DNA from: Raillietiella orientalis
Taxonomy: Eukaryota
Reading direction: 5' to 3'
Assembly (NCBI GenBank): GCA_036172245.1
Contig: JAYWIR010000035.1
Span: 1 to 64,000 of the forward strand
Length of the DNA stretch: 64,000 nucleotides
The position numbers and the translations under genes are program-made. Below, one piece after another: positions 1-11,480 of this stretch. How positions within the stretch are numbered: the first letter of the stretch is position 1; every line of letters begins with the position of its first letter. The notes beneath the pieces are model-generated. The model saw only the letters and a program-made list of their open reading frames with translations, had not been told where the DNA came from and did not search any database.

Positions 1-1319
1 TGGAACTGTGACGTGCTCATTTACCAAATTTCAAAAACATTCATGAAAACTTGCAGATGCCGCATCTTTGGCAATGGCGTTTGGAGATTTATGCGCATCT
101 TTGAAGATGGCGACAACAGAGGCTGCATCTTGCGAAAGCGGATCGCGTTTTTAATTGAAAACAACTTTTGGATGCATGGAACTTCCCTGAAATAAAGCTC
201 AAGTGGAAAATCAATGTCGGCTCACGGATTGGAATTCCAAAGTCTTCAGCGGCACTCCCCTGTCCACCGTATCGAAAGCCTTCTCCGTGTCAGTAAAGCT
301 CATTAACAACTTCTCGCCGATATGTCGGCAGAGTCCAAACGTAGCTTATGCACACTTGACATTGTCCGCCATGCGGCGTTCCTGCATTAAACACGTGTGC
401 ACCGGAGAGAACAAATTCGGCATGATCTTCCCTAAGCGGATGGCACAGATCTTCGCAAACCACGTTGCATCCGTGTTGAGGATCGAGATTGGCTTCCATT
501 GGATGATCTGCGTTAGGTCACCTCCTTTTGCCAGCAATCTCATCCTTCTTTCGTAGAAAGATCGGTATAATCGAGTTTGAGAAAACTATTTTGGTAGGAG
601 TTGCCCAGATGTGTGCGTCGGAAGTGCTCTACGTATTGAATTAGGAATACTTCCGTGATATCCTCCGACGTGTACTTGGCTCGAACTTCGTGCCGGATAC
701 AGGAAGTATCTGTTGCGAGATTCTTCTTCTTCAGCACGCCGACTTGTCTGTTGATGTTTTGGAAGACGTACCGACTCTCGTGCTGATGCCAGTACTTCGT
801 GAGGGAGCGATCTCAGATGAACAGCTCTTGTACGCTTCCTGCCTCAATCTCTCGTCAGCGAACTGCATGTTTCAGAAGTGGTGGACTCGCTGTTTCAAGC
901 TATCCCAGTCGGCGAATCAGCTGATGATGGTCCTGGGAAGAATGGCCTCCATAAGCTGATGGTGGTAGGGAAGCGTTGCGAACCAGGTGTGCATGCTGAT
1001 GAGCGCCTCCCTGCATAGCTTCTTTTGACGAGGGTTTCTCATCTTCGGGTGTTCGGACACAGGGTTGAGGCGAGTAGCAAAACCTGAGGATGCGGTTGCT
1101 TATGTCGGGGCTGTAGAGGACCTGGTCGATCGCCCTGTGGCTCTCTGTTTTCCACAGCATTCCGAAGTCTTCGAACAGCCGCCGATACGCCTCCCTGACT
1201 CTGGCGTCCCGGGAAGAGATAATTAAATCCGGGATGTTGAGATCCCCTACGATGTTTACGATGTCCTTCGGTGCGAAGTTCTGTGGGAGGGCTTCAGGAA
1301 GTGTCTCCTCGCAACGTTG
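1..1319. repeat. Direct segmental duplication of 15018-16338 (truncated by window start)
   Basis: Starts tggaactgtgacgtgctc at both 1 and 15018 and aligns with scattered substitutions up to gtgtctcctcgcaacgttg. ORF-track peptides are near-identical (203..556 vs 15220..15573). Confidence 0.95.
250..1319 (-). mobile_element. Decayed L1/Tx1-like non-LTR retrotransposon fragment (endonuclease end plus RT N-terminus)
   Basis: Minus-strand peptides IVGDLNIP...RAIDQVLYS (APE endonuclease GDFN/RID motifs) and KGGDLTQIIQWKPISILNTD...RLGKIMPNLFSPVHTCLMQERRMADNV...DTEKAFDTVD (L1-clade RT RPISLLN and DxxKAFD motifs). Broken by stops and frameshifts. Confidence 0.8.
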
Positions 1320-3260
1320 ATTGCGAAGAGTGAAGTTTATAATCAACCTCCTTTTGCTGAGATGTAAATAGGATTTATATACAACTGGATACATTAATAA
1401 CTCCGTAGAAATCAAGAATGCCTAGATAGCTCTACTGGACTCATCACAAGATAGTTTGCTAACTTTAGCAGGGCTTATATGCTTCACGAATAATTTTATT
1501 CTTTCGCAATTAATGCCCAATCCATGGGCAACTCAAATACATATGTGTTAAAGTCCGAGTTGGTTGAGAGTTGCCAATTTCAGAATTAATGCTAGTTTCT
1601 ATCTTTTGCTTTTTATATACAAAGTTCTTTCTTTCATGAGCTTTCAGATATAAACCCTAGCGGAAAAAAAATTAACATTAAACATGTTCATTATGTTATG
1701 CTCATGTAATATATTATTCCTATTTAATGCTTCTAAATATTGCTTATTCGTTAGGCAATAAGCTTTTTGACTTCAAGATACCATAAACCGATACTCGCTT
1801 TTAGTTTCAATGCAGTTTTTCGTTATATGAATGAAAGAATCGAAAACTTCAAATAATCAGTGATGAAAAGAAAACTGAAAAATGTTAAAGTGTTCCACCA
1901 ACTAGTCATCACTGCTTCTACCAAAAAAAAACTCGAACAGCGCTTATTTGATGAGAGTATTATTTCTTCATCACTTAATCAATCGAAAAGAAAGAATCTT
2001 TTCCAGTAGTTTCGGGAGCCTTTCTCACATTTTTAAACATTGAGATGTTTGATTCCATTTTCCAGATCGTTCGAAATTTTGCGGCGTTCTGAAGATTCTT
2101 TATCGCTGCTTGGATGCATCGTGTATTAATTACGAACCTCCACACTTTAGCAGTCAAATCTTGCAATCAAATCTCTATGAGCTTCCCTTGTGTTTGGTCG
2201 CATGTTTTGTTCAAATAAGGGTACCTAATGCCCAGATCTTCAAAACTTGGCTTTTCATCTGGAAATAATATTCCTCCTTACGGAAATTATTCCGAATATG
2301 AGTGCGCAAACTGTACTGAAAGCATCACGAGAAGCTGCTTTGGACATCTGGACTTTGATTCACTGAATCTAATCTCCCAGATTCAAGTACCAATAGACAT
2401 TAAATTGTGGAAGCGACCATCTGTGGCTTCGGGGACTTTGAAGACGTTTCGAAGTTCCGGAGCGCTTTCATGCTCACTCCAAAATGGACGGACCGATCCT
2501 TGCCCCACACCGAAAGTTCTTATACCATGGTCTGCACGTGGAAAACAGCTCATTACTTGACTTGCTGACATCAGCAGATCGATGTTCAATGTAGTTGTTT
2601 GATGGCCGCGCTTCTACGAGAACACAGAGTGTGAGACGTTTCTGCACAGATACTGTCAGTCCTTGTTGAAGCCACTATAAGCTGGTTCTTTACAAGAGTT
2701 GAAATATAATACAGATACTTGATTTCCTTCTCCGTGTGTTGGTTAGTTAGCCTTTCCCCTTTTAAAATCCGCTTTGTGATCTATCGTTCCTCGGTTGCGT
2801 CACTTCAAACACCTGCCTGAAACTTTGTGACTTTCCTCGTGGTACTCTTAGATGCGCGTGGTTCCGAGATCATTTATCATCACTGCTTTCCTGAATTCTT
2901 CGCTCGGATCACTCACAGTTCAGAGTTTTTAACCGGTCTTTTCATTTATTTCGTCTAATCCCATTTCCTGTTTCATCAAAGTAGAGTGTTGGGAGAGCAA
3001 TACTAATGCTGGCCCGTGAAGCCATTTTTCTTCGGTTCAGAACTAGACATCAGCTGATTGTCAAATTCCAGAATTCCAGTTATTTTCAAACTATTGCGGA
3101 TCCCGAAGTCGCTCAGTGCTTGGTTCATCCTCACCTCTTCTCCACTCTCTCAGCACATACCTAAATTGAAGATTGTTTTGCGAGGAGATGTGTACTTATG
3201 GAGTAACCTTCTTAAATGTTATTCTTATTCATATCCGAATGCCTTCTTAAATGAGTTCCC

Positions 3261-3293
3261 ATTATTATTATTATTATTATTATTATCATTATC
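3261..3293. repeat. (ATT)n microsatellite
   Basis: attattattattattattattattatcattatc. Confidence 0.9.
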
Positions 3294-3468
3294 CTTGATT
3301 TCATGTTACAGTGCCTTGCCTCCTAATTCATCTATTTAAATTAGCAATTCCTCCATTGGCCAAATTTCAATAATGTATTCCTAAATCAATGACATGTATT
3401 CGTTGATGACGTCCACCATCTCTCAAATACTACAAGTCCACAGGAATTATTATATAGTGAGGAAATTT

Positions 3469-3921
3469 AGTGTACATGGACGTCCACAATCGAAAGGCCT
3501 TCACTCATCCAACGATCTGTAGCTGGTCGTTCTCTTTCATTCAGATGATAATTGGGGTAGCACAGCAGTCAAAGGAAACATATTCCTCAGGAAGAAGGAA
3601 GTAGTCATATGTCCCAAACGGTAAGCATTCCCAGAAATTCTGATTGAAATGCAAATTCAGTCCGCATTTTCCTCAGAGAAGAAACACATATTCGAAAGAT
3701 TGAATCAATTACGGAAAAATAAAGGTGTGCATCGTCCTCGCACGTTTGGAATGTATTGCTTCTTAAACTGTGAACATTCATGAAAAGGAAGAACTTTATT
3801 CATAAACAGAAGGAAACATAGTATGGACGTGGAGACAAAGGTGAACCTCCAGGCAAATTAAGGGGAGAGCAAATGATGCTGTCTTCAGGACTGTCAGCGA
3901 CCGCTGCACCCATTAATTCGA
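3469..3921. repeat. ~450-bp module present three times (also 16841-17295 direct and ~13243-13692 inverted)
   Basis: Shared agtgtacatggacgtccacaat ... cccagaaattctgattgaaatgcaaattcagtccgcattt ... gcgaccgctgcacccattaattcga. Confidence 0.9.
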
Positions 3922-5269
3922 CACAATTGACTTACAAAGGTTAATGCTTCTGGTCTATATGAATAAAAGGAGAATTTACCTTCTGAATGCTCAAAATATT
4001 TCAAGGGTGGTACTCCTTGCATCCTTGGAAATTCTGGGAATTCTTGTTAAAGATCGATGTGCTAAAATCACACAGAGAAAAAAACTTGACGTGTATTTTT
4101 GAAAAGTGATTCCTTGGGAGGATTTTTGAGTTTTCACACCATTTCCACAGTGGGTATTTCCATTTGTCAAATACCAGAAAATCGCACATCTGTTTGGAGA
4201 AAATTCAATGTTTGAGAAAACTCATCTCTTAGACTGATCTTGCACAAAGCCATCACAACGATCAGCCACAGATGTGTGAATGATTTTCACAACGTGAGGT
4301 TTTCTTTGCTTCCCCATTTTGTATTCCGGGCGATGGCATCTCATGCCGTTGAACTGAGATGCTGACTCATGCAAAGGCGTGTCGATTGCATTTACTGTGG
4401 AAAATACACGAAACGGATGAAACGTATTTTACATTCCGAGTAAATACCACAATCCATTTGCATGATTACTACCCCTGCGCCACCGATAAATATCAAAACT
4501 GCAGCCAGCGAAAGCTCAATCCTTGCGAGAAATGACTTCTCAATCCACATCCGCTAAAGAAATAACATTCCTGCATTCACATGAACCTTGGAATTACTGT
4601 ATTTTCTGATATTTCATAGCATACACCAAAGTCTTCCTCAACTCTATGAATTCGGAGCCCTTCCTCATGCCCAGATTGCTATGCATTAGGAATAGCAAAA
4701 ACTTGATCACATAAATTGCTATCCGTTGGGGTTTGCTTCAAAGTGTAATGAGTCCGTGGAAGTGCAGTGACTGGAAAAGAGTGAATTTAAAGGAGAGTGT
4801 CGATTTCCCAGTGCCCTTTTCAGAAAGATAAGTAAATGCTTTCCGATATTTAATCATTACATTGATTTTCTCAGAAGGCTTCAATTCGCTGCCAATTTCT
4901 CTATGAGCTGCTGGAAGAGCAACGAAAGTCACGGAAGTTCTTTTGCACCCACGGTACTTAGCAGACTTCACGTTAGTTGAGTTCCAATGTGCCGCTCAGT
5001 GAAAAATGCCTTTCTTACCGAATTCGGAAACGAATGACTGTTTTCAACACAAACCTTTTCCTTTAGCAGTTTTCAAAACTTGCAACGTGATCCTCCTCGT
5101 TTCCAATAAATTCGTCATTCACCCATCAACCTGGTCTCGGTGGTAAGAGAATCGTGCGAAGCACCCTCTCGCTTTCCACAACCTCCCCTATTTTGCTTCA
5201 GTTTCTGCTATGCGGGTGAGGCAATCGGGACGCTTCGATTGAGCTTCTCGAAGGCTCACGAGTGGCCAG

Positions 5270-5960
5270 CATTCCAGTGGAAGTCTTTGGAATTCCGATC
5301 CGTGAGCCGACATTGATCTTCCACAAAAGCTTTACATTATGGCAGTTCCCTGTTTCGAAAACTTTGTTCAATTGGGAACGCGATCCGTTTTCGCAAGGTG
5401 CATCGTCTGGTGTTCCCATCTTCGAAGATGCGCAGACGGGTGCAAGCACTTTTCCGCAAGATGCGGCATCTGCAGGTTTACACAAATATTTATGAAATTT
5501 GGCAGCTGGGAACCTCCCATTTCCTGCAAGCAGCTTCTTGATTGAGCGCAGTAGCCGGTCGAAAAGCAGTTTCCTGTAACAGGCACGGGTTTTGTTCTGT
5601 AGAAAGAGCACTGTTTGGAACTCAAGAAAACATGGAAGGTTCGCAGGTACGTGTTTTCCTGGATGGTGATGCTCTTGGAATCTTTCGACCGGAGCTTCCG
5701 AAGTGCGCACAAACTGATAGTGGTAGAAGGACAAATCCCACAGATAAAGACGTTAAGCAATCAGTTGAGGTGCTCATCAAGTGAGTGTCTGTTTTGTGCC
5801 TATTTCGAGATATTCTGCAGGCATTATGCTGGGGATGTCACAAACAACATTCCAGGATCCCAAGACAAACACAAGTATATGCTGTTGCTTTTCATTTGAA
5901 AAGACTTTTGTACAACACTGAGAACTTGGTGTCATGTAGCCAGAAGGGGCCATGGAAAAA
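5270..5960 (+). pseudogene. Decayed intron-containing gene fragment; diverged paralog lies inverted at ~14540-15270 and 1-250
   Basis: Intron-like gtgagt...ctgcag at 5781-5820 is conserved in the paralog. The paralog reads ...LLIK|HYAGEVTCDITELVEKHKDVLFLV. Both copies carry stops and frameshifts. Product unknown. Confidence 0.5.
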
Positions 5961-8499
5961 TCCATGGACGAGATGGAAGAGGAGCAGGGAAAACGTAGTA
6001 AGGGAAAGGCAGCTAGATGGAAGGACGGTTGTCGCGCGAGGAGCACGACAGGTAGGAAGAGTAGCTGGAGAAAAAAAATATTCACATGAGCACAACAGGG
6101 AATCCAGGAGGGGTGAAGGCAAACGAGGAAACGAGCAAAATAGAATTGCAAAAGATTGCATTGTTCGGAGCTGTTTGCTTTTGTGGCTGTTGTGTTTGCT
6201 CTTGGGAACGCTGGGACTAGGTCAGCAACCTCGGTGCTGAGACGAGGCCACGCCTTCAATCTAAAAAACGACATCCGGCTGATTTGTGGTTCGTAGGGTG
6301 CGACGAATGTTCCCCTGAACACCCTCAAATTAAAGGAAAAACAGACGAAGAAAAGAAAGTTTCTTGCAGGGTCGATCGCTCCAGTCGTCTTGAGAAGCGC
6401 ACTGAAAGAATGCCATCGAAGAAAGCGCTTTTGCTGTGCGCGTTGGGAGCTGCAGCCTCGGGCTGGATGTGGCGCGAGCAGGTAGGAGACTTGCGAGGTG
6501 GGAGCGATGCTTTTCATGCCTTTCAAGATCGGGATGGCGGTTCATCAATGCTGGAGACGCATACGGCCGAATGATACGGAAAAGGACGTGGAGCACGGAT
6601 GCATGCTGTCGGGGGGCAGCAGAGTCCGCAATTCCAGAATCCCTGTACGAGTGGAACGCATTGGGACGCATCCACGTCCACGGCTGCTGCTCGTAAAGGT
6701 AAGCGGGAAGACGTGGGCAACACGCCATTCACTGCCGTTTTGTTTAAGAGGCTACGAGGCGCACTCCAGACGTCGGAGCGATAGGAGCTCCCAGGCAGGG
6801 CGGAAGGGCGGCCACTCAGCCTGGATAAAAAAAGACCTTCCTGCTACTTATGGTCTCTTTGGAAGTTTTCTGGAGGGAAAAGGGGGACGAGATGGAGAAA
6901 TTCTGGTTGTACCAGTGTAATGGGCACTGTTCCCGGAGAAGACCTCGGATAGTGTCCCTTGTCACTGATGGCCCTGCTTCCTCTCAATTCTGTGCTGCTT
7001 GTCCACCACATCCACCCGCGGGGCCTTTGAGGACGGCTTACATCTGCTGGCTCGCATAATGGGTAGGGGAGGTATTGTCATGGTTACAGATTATTGGAGT
7101 CTTCGAAGACTGGTGTCTGGACTCTTCAAACACGAGTGGCAGACGTTCCTAAAGAGTATGATTTTCCCCCTAGAGGAACTACACTCTGGGATACTTCATC
7201 CAGTAATCCAGTATCCAGGAGTCCCAGTGACACCAATATCTTAAAATTGGGTCGAGGTGCTGCTCTGGCACCGGAAAGAGATCAGTTTTCGGGATCAAAC
7301 TCCTTCGGGGAATAGAATTGTGTCTGCCCTCGAGCGAATCTCCTTCCGTGTATCTGTGAGGTTCGCTGGGCGATCCGCGGAGCTCTCCTGCCACCGACCA
7401 AACCTGGCGGCGTTCCATGCTGCCTTCCCACTCGCCTCTCCCTATTTCCGTGCCCGAGTTTCGTCCTCTTTTCATGTGCAGCAGCAGTGACATCAAGCGA
7501 ACCGCTTCATCAGTTGCTTGCGAGCTCCTCTGACCGCGGGAGAGCTTCCATGCGTTGTGGTGTCGTTTTCCGCCTCCTCATCTCTCTGGTTGCGCAGCGA
7601 ATCGCGTACTGCCCCTCCTGGAGCCACTGTTCGCCTCCCATAACTCGGCCTTCTTATTTTGTTGCTTGATTTGACATGTGGTTCTCTCCGTCGGTTTCCA
7701 CATGGCCTCTTCCGGCATTGCAACGAGAACGTTGTTGCGGTAGAGGGGTGCATTTTGCTTATTTCTTTTGCACTTTCTTTTGCACGACGCATTGGCCACA
7801 TTTTGTGCCATCTGGTCGTGCGTGCGTTGATCGGCCGTACGCTAGGTCTTACATGTGACGCAATGGGCATCACCAAAACTGGCAAACTGTCCACTGGGTG
7901 GTTTAGCGAATTCTGCGCAGAGGCACGGCTAGGGGAGGGTGGATGCCGTCGCGCTCCTCTTGTACCGCTTGTAAAAAGATGCCATTGCGGCGAGTGCAGT
8001 TTCCCTGAGAAGTGGGAGTATGTGGCGAATTGAGGCAGGTGGCAGCCGGCGTTCAGCCGCAGCGTCTCGTGCATCAACTAGCCATCGGAGGTCGGAAGGT
8101 TCCGCGCGAATTCTACTGAAGGATGCGGACGGAATCTTTTCTCCGTGAGCGCGGAGACATGCAGAATTCCGAAGGTCAACAGTTGGCCTTTTTATGCGTT
8201 GAGTTTGAAACCCGGACAGTTTTCCATGAACTGCTACATGTCCAGAATTTCTGGCCTTTTCCTCCTTCTCTTGAGGGAGAGGAAAGGATGGTCCTCATAT
8301 GAGAGATGGGGGAGTCCCTGGACATCGAAGTCGGTTCCTCGGAGATGTTCCTCCGCTTCTCTGGATGAAAGATGAGAGCTCTTCCAGCATCGGACTCAGA
8401 GCGCCGCCCATGTAGGACTCCCCGTTTCGTTCTCGTGGCTGCTGTATTCGCGCACTTTAATGTCGAAGTGTTGCTCCCGGGATAGTATCGTCACGATGT

Positions 8500-8700
8500 T
8501 GCCGAGGGCCGCGGTTTTGCCAACAACTTAAGCAGCATCTCAGTGGCGAGTGCCTACTTTCTGTCAGTGAAGCCCAGCACCCGGTTTTCGCGATTTGACG
8601 GTTGTAGTCGACGACGGCCTGAGCACGCTTGATATTGTCCGACATGCGGCGTCCGAGTCTGGTGGTAATGCGGACCGAACGCTGGCATGGTCGCACTCTG
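8500..8700 (-). mobile_element. L1/Tx1-like RT fragment
   Basis: GRRMSDNIKRAQAVVDYNRQIAKTGCWASL resembles the L1-clade GRxIxDNI...D segment and the copy near 300-400. Confidence 0.55.
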
Positions 8701-9639
8701 AAGGCTGTCACGGATCTGGGCCAACCACTGAGTTAAGCATCGAGATTGGCATGCACCGGGAAACCTTGGTCAGAACTCGCTTCTTTTGCCGACAGGCTCA
8801 TGACGCTCCCGTAGAGGGATCGGTGTAGTCGTCCTTATCCACGGATGCAGAGTGTCAGCTGGCGGAACGGTAGCAAGTACCACTCGCAGCGAGTGAATCA
8901 CATACTGTCAGGGCCTGAAGCACATCCTCGCCAAGTTGCGGGAAAGCAGTCTTCACTTCCTCCGTGGAGATTACATCGCCATGCATCCTCATTTGGGGTA
9001 CTTAAATTGTTTGATTTCGATCCCGCAACTGAACTTCATGCTGGCACAAAGACAGTTGTTGTCTGCGAAAGTGCTCGGTGCAATAGCCTGGCAACAACTT
9101 TACGATATGCTCCGACGACTTTGTCCGACTTTGGCCGTCGCGCTAGACCCACAAGCTGCTTGCAGCCAGATACTCCCTTTCCAGCTTGAGGACTCCCCTT
9201 TTTCCATTCGTCGAGACGTACCAACTCTAATGTTGTTCCTAGTATTAATGGTGGGAACCACCTCCGTAGTTCTGCCTTCGCTACGCTTTCTGCCTCATTC
9301 TCTCGTCCTTGCGCTTCATCTTGCTGAATAGATGAAGTCGATGGTTCAGGCTGTCCAAGCCCGGAACTCTGAAAACGATGGCGCTTTGCAGAATGGCCTC
9401 GATGACGGCCTCGACACAGGGGAGCGTCTCGAACCAGGCGGGCATGCGGATGAGCCTCGCCCCATTGCCTTTCTTTCGCCGAGGATCTTCCGTCTTCAGA
9501 ACTCTCCTTTCTCAACGATTTGCTTATTTTTTCAAAGGCCACCAGGCGTGACCGCGGTCCTGGCAGATCGCGAAAGTCTCCGGTGTATTGAACGACCTCG
9601 CTTGCCGGACCGTTAGTACCGAGATCAGGGACACACATC

Positions 9640-10900
9640 TTCCCGATGACCGTTTGTTTCCCATCCGGTGCAAAGATATCGGTTGTTGCCGACATTTCTC
9701 TAGAATGTGAATCGGTATGCACTTCTCCCAGCACTTTTGCCTCCTCCGTCCATCATATGTTCGCAAATCCTCTTCTGGAGAAGGGTTTGCCCAAAAAGTT
9801 TCCAAATTGCAGAGCTTCTCGGTACTGGACCAGCAATTGCCACACCGCTGGTTCGGTAGCACGGATGCCGATTTCGGCGAGCAATACCATCGAGGTGGAC
9901 CTCTCGCCGCATTCCCGGACCACACTTCCATTGACATTCACGCCCTATTGCAAAAAGACATCGATTATTGGTGAACAGTGAACTACCCGCTTGCGAATAT
10001 GGCAGTTCTTCCTAGAGACGGAAAAGTTCCAAACCGACCAAAAGTAAACCCACATTGAGGTGAAAAACGGGAACATCGCGTGCAATGTCCCATCAGACGC
10101 ATCCAGTTACTTGGGCAAACCCTTCGACGTCAAGGTATTTCACCGGCGTCCGTCCAAGGAGCACATTTGAAACATAGCGGGTGCCATCCCACATGGTGAG
10201 CTAACGGGATAGCAGAACGTGGATGCAAGCAAAACCGTCTCCTTGTGTTGGCTAGTTGTCTACAAGAGACTGGCAACTCTTCGGAAGGAAGTGAGGCACT
10301 ATGCAGATGGGCAAATCCGACGCAGGAACAACAAAGTCTTGTAATCCCCATCCTGGACAGCCAATGCATACCTCTACGTAGAATATCGGCACGCACGGTG
10401 AATCGTCTGCTCGATTCCGTTCTCGAATTTTCGAGAGGCCGCTATCCCGCCAGAAATCCCTATTACAGCATGCGGCAATTCTGGAATCTTTCTCTTCTTC
10501 CTGCTTATGATTTAAAACATTCCCACACCTATCAGAGTGGCCTGCTGCAAACTGCAGTTTCGACTTTCATCATCTTCCAGTGCAGATTTCCGGTTTCCCC
10601 ATTTACCAATTTCCTATTTCTATATGCATTTTCTAGTATTGCAGGATTTTTACATGCTGCGATACTGAAAGTGGAGTTGCGAGGGCTAGATTTGCACGCC
10701 AGTCACACAGTATGGAGCGGAGACCTACACGATAGATGGCAGCAAGAGGAGTGGGTGTTCTATGGAGGCACGAAACAGGCAGAAGCACATCGCAGAATGA
10801 ATGCATGCATAGCTGTCTTCTGAAGGCACGAAGCCCGACGAGAGCGCATGTGCTGCCGTTGTTACCGCCAGTGATCGAGAGCAGGTTCTTTTTCCTTTTA
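9640..10900 (+). mobile_element. Possible decayed C-terminal (post-RT, zf-RVT-like) region of an L1/Tx1 ORF2
   Basis: ORF 10245..10823 contains FWNLSLLPAYDLKHSHTYQSGLLQT, loosely like the WxLxxPPK...GxLPT pattern before zf-RVT. Lies near other L1 pieces. Confidence 0.3.
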
Positions 10901-11089
10901 TTAAGGACTAGCCTCACGAATGTCGCTTCGTGACGTCACATTCGGCAGTCCACTTGTTCCCGTGCTCCGGAGGCGACTCCAGAGTACTTCGTCGACCCAC
11001 TAGAAAGTAATAGACCCTCAATAAACTACCTGGTGTTATTTCACCTGGACTGACTCGGAAGGGAAGCGGAAAAAATGGAGATCACATTT

Positions 11090-11480
11090 CTTCATGACGT
11101 AGGTCAAAGAAGTACTTCCATGAAACTCGAATCCGTGCACCAAGCGATCCACGTACCAAGTTCATGCGGACGCGCTTCTTCTTCGCAGGCACGGCGACGC
11201 ACACACCAACTGCCTCAGGGAAGCGCATTCTGCCCGAACTGATGCTGTGCACGTCCGATTCACGCCAAAGTCACGCACTCGCGAATTCCGATTTCCTGAA
11301 GTGCGGTTGCCTTCGTGGCGGAGTGCGCGCTTTCCTTCGAACGGGCGCGAAAGCGTACACGCGTGCAACGTGCATGATGGTACACGAGGAAACGAGGAAC
11401 GCGCGCTTTCGATGTGGCGTCCGACGAGCTCCGTTCACAGCGCTCAGCGTATTCCTTGACGTCCAAGCTGCGCATTTACG
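11090..11480 (+). pseudogene. Possible decayed C2H2 zinc-finger gene fragment (partly mirrored at ~19080-19386)
   Basis: Frame-shifted peptides HQAIHVPSSCGRASSSQARRRTHQ and KAYTRATCMMVHEET...RFRCGV resemble C2H2 finger spacing. Confidence 0.3.

Noticed and set aside
5777..9734. Long overlapping ORFs (249, 194 and 232 aa)
   Set aside because: No recognisable domains, and ORFs overlap on both strands in GC-richer sequence. Likely chance or TE-derived.
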